A stretch of 39,862 nucleotides of DNA from Utricularia gibba (taxonomy: Eukaryota; Plantae; Magnoliophyta). Both the position numbers and the translations under genes were made by a program. Below are positions 36,958-39,862 of the stretch, in pieces. Below the pieces are notes generated by a model. That model did no database searches and had not been told where the DNA came from. It was given only the letters and a program-made list of their open reading frames with translations. Within the stretch, counting starts at the first letter, position 1; each line of letters starts with the position of its first letter. The stretch covers positions 1 to 39,862 of the forward strand of contig NEEC01000116.1 of NCBI GenBank assembly GCA_002189035.1. Direction: 5' to 3'.

Positions 36958-39862
36958 ATGGAGGAGGAAATCAAGGCCGAATTTGTCAACAACGGTTTCA
37001 GCTTCGACAATGAGGAAGAAATTCTCGGGAAATGTGAGGATTTTTGTCATTTTTACAAAGCTTTTCCCACTTTTCCACTGATAAAGGCAACCAACCTGTT
37101 TCGTCGGAATGCCTTACGAGTCTAGGTTTGGCGATTTGTATCCAGTATCAGCTAAGTGCTTCAGATCTTGTATCCAGTTGGGATGCTTACTCAATCAATA
37201 GGTAAGAATGCTTGTCATCATGCGAAGAAGGGTGGGTTTGGATCTGTCTGTCTTTGATACCCTAACTGCTGCTCTGAAATTCTGGGTGGTTAATGAATTG
37301 AGTTTATAAGGCCAGTTTCAGAATTTTTCTCAGAATTGGATTTATATCTCTGCTCGAAGATACAAGGCTACCAAGGCCTGATCTTGCTGTTCTTCGCCAC
37401 AATTTTTCAGAGGGCTTGAGTATACCGTACGGGAGTCGCACATGGGGGCGTTCTTGGAAGAAATCCTGGACGAGCATAAGAAGAAAGTCCGAGGGAAACA
37501 ATCAGGATTGCATCTGTATTATAATGAAGTGGAAATGTGAGTCTCTCGTTATGCTTCGTTTTTCATTCCCTACATGCTTATCCAGCGTGAGGATCGATGT
37601 ATTGCAGGACAGCAACTAAATAACACACCCATTACACCCAACTGTGTTGACAAGTTTGACTCTTGATGTGTTGCATGAATGTTAACCCAGGTTATTGAAT
37701 GGAGATTACGAGGATATGGATGCCCCATTTGACACTCCTACCGAGAAGCGAGCACTGTCACATGATAAACCTACCGATGCAACACCAGATACAATAGAAG
37801 CAAATTTTCCTTGGAAGAAACGCTTAAATCAGTCACGCCTTTTTGCACCAGAGTGAACAAGTTTGTAGTGCATTCTACACTCAATGAGAATCTTGCTACC
37901 ATGGAATCTGAGCTGGGTCCAACATATACGGGCGATGATATTATTAAGAAGGTCCAACCGACCAAAAGTGCTCATTCGTGATCATCCACTCACATCCTCA
38001 GCCTGGTTGCAGGTTCATGTATGATAGGATCGAAGATAAGGTCATGAATGTTTCATTTACTTGAGTGATTCTAGCTTCGTATGTTTTCTAACTTGATATT
38101 GTTTCTTATGTAGTTTAATTTCTTGGAAGATCGCATAAGAAAGCGGGCCATTGCTTATGCCTCTTCCGGGCATTACGAGGAACCTGTTGACCCCTCGGTG
38201 GCTTCTCAGGCATTTATTATTTATTATTTTGCTTGTGATATTCCTTTTCGCAGTGCTTTTATTATGTCAAAGATAAATAGGCTTCCTATTTCAGAAAGGT
38301 ATTTTTGCTGTTGGCATGATCTGTTGTGAGGAAGAGGGTCATCTGAAAGAAAAGCCTGTTCTTCTTCAAAGCAGGTAATGTCAGCTGCTTAAATTAAGGC
38401 AACCTACTGAATATCGGTTATATTGACCTGTTTATATTGATTTACCTTTTTGGATGCTTTGATAGTGTAGAGCATTCTGGTGGGCAGCGTGTTCGCCTGG
38501 ACTTGCAAAAGCTGAACCTGTTTTCAGTTTTCCCTGGTCAGGTTAGAATGATTTCTCATTTGGTGACTGAAATATTGAATTTTTTTTATGCTGTAGTTCA
38601 TTCGGCATCATAAAAGCGTGTTTGCCTTGCAGGTAGTAGGAATTGAAGGCCATAATCCAAGTGGGCATTGTCTTATTGCATCTAAGATTATTGATCACAT
38701 TCCTTTACCGATTACAAAAACTGAAGAAAACCCTGACAAAACACAGGCACTGGAAAGTGCTCCACAGTTAACCAACGCACCACAAGATATGCCCCATTTG
38801 TCGATGGTATGCATGCTGAAATTATGCCTTTTGGAAAGAATTTTTCATCTCCTGTATAATGGAGAATTTAACAGATCATTGCTGCTGGACCTTTTACGAC
38901 GAGTGATAATTTGCTGTTTGAGCCACTGTCTGAACTTCTGTCATATTCTCTAAGAAAGCAGCCTCATGTCCTGCTGCTGGTGTGTGCCGACTATGTCTTG
39001 TCACTCAGCTATTCGCTCTATCCATGGCTTAGAACATGAATATGATGGAAGCCTTTTTCTTTTTTTCATAGCTAGGGCCCTTTATTGATTCTGACCATCC
39101 AGACCTTAGAAAGGGAACTGCACCTCAGACCTATGATGAAATGTTCCGCACAGAGATCCTTGGAAAGGTGATGCAAAATAGAAATGGATGAGTTATTGCT
39201 GCTTTGTGTACCTTACTGCCTTATCCTTACTCCTGTGTCCTGTGATGTTTATGCAGCTTCAAGATTATGTTGAGTACATGGGTCCTGGTGTTCGGGTTAT
39301 TCTTGTGCCGTCTCCCAGGGATGCTCATCACGATTTCGTATTCCCCCAGGTTAACTTAGCTTCATTCTGAATCCAAAAAAGACAGTGGGCTATGTCGCTT
39401 GAGAGTTATTTTCGATACTTTGCAGCCAGCGTTTGAAGTTCATCCCAAGGACTCCAAGAATCAGGTGAAGCATATAAGCTTCTTGGGCTAACAGATTTTA
39501 TGTTGCTGAGATTCGCAAATGCGTTTGTCTTCATTCTTCTCCAGATTCACACCATCTCCAACCCTGGTGTTTTTTCTGCTAACGAGGTGGCCATTTAAAA
39601 CATCTGACCTCACGTTCTGTTTTTTTGCTAACCACATTAATAAACTTTGAAGGTGAAAGTCGCCTGCTGTTCAGTTGATGTACTGAAGCAGTTGAGTGCA
39701 GTAGAGATATCTCGAAATCCAGGGGCCTCCAAGCAACGGTTGGCAAATCTAGCAAAGCATATCTTGAACCAAAACAGGTGATGATGCTACTAAATACTTC
39801 ATCCTCGAGGAACTACTTGCCTAATTTCATTATTTCTATGCTTTCAGCTTCTACCTCTATAT
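36958..39862 (+). CDS. POLA2: DNA polymerase alpha subunit B, 3' end outside the window. Exons 36958-37033, 37126-37201, 37411-37536, 37691-38040, 38114-38209, 38295-38374, 38466-38541, 38633-38806, 38875-38979, 39072-39167, 39257-39349, 39426-39464, 39545-39586, 39653-39777, 39848->
   Basis: MEEEIKAEF...SDLVSSW, PGCRFMYDRIEDKF, VFPGQVVGIEGHNPSG, IIAAGPFTTSDNLLFEPL, LLGPFIDSDHP, ILVPSPRDAHHDFVFPQ, SNPGVF, SVDVLKQLS. One GC-AG intron. Three apparent -1 homopolymer frameshifts. Confidence 0.95.

Overview
Eukaryotic (flowering-plant, eudicot, probably asterid/Lamiales-like) nuclear DNA. Three compact-intron housekeeping genes bracket a ~31 kb block of nested transposons. Left: a TNO1-like long coiled-coil gene (minus strand, 3' end outside the window) head-to-head with an intact 11-exon cytosolic GAPDH (GAPC), ~505 bp apart. 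Right: DNA polymerase alpha subunit B (POLA2, plus strand, 3' end outside the window) with an E2F site. The TE block, left to right: AT-rich MULE-like debris; a ~120 bp Mutator-like MITE holding two solo LTRs; a MuDR remnant; a third solo LTR; a ~10.9 kb hAT element with a decayed transposase and a young Ivana/Oryco-like Copia inside it; and an old Tekay/Del chromovirus whose 3' LTR holds a truncated Tat-lineage element with its antisense extra ORF. Most frameshifts in TNO1, POLA2 and the young Copia are single-base losses in homopolymers, which points to assembly error rather than pseudogenisation. I found no tRNA, rRNA or CRISPR, and no clearly new biological system. The best leads are the doubly invaded MITE, the mirror-image hAT ends with a cryptic AT-hook frame, and a three-knuckle Gag. 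Family assignments come from recalled motifs, not database searches.
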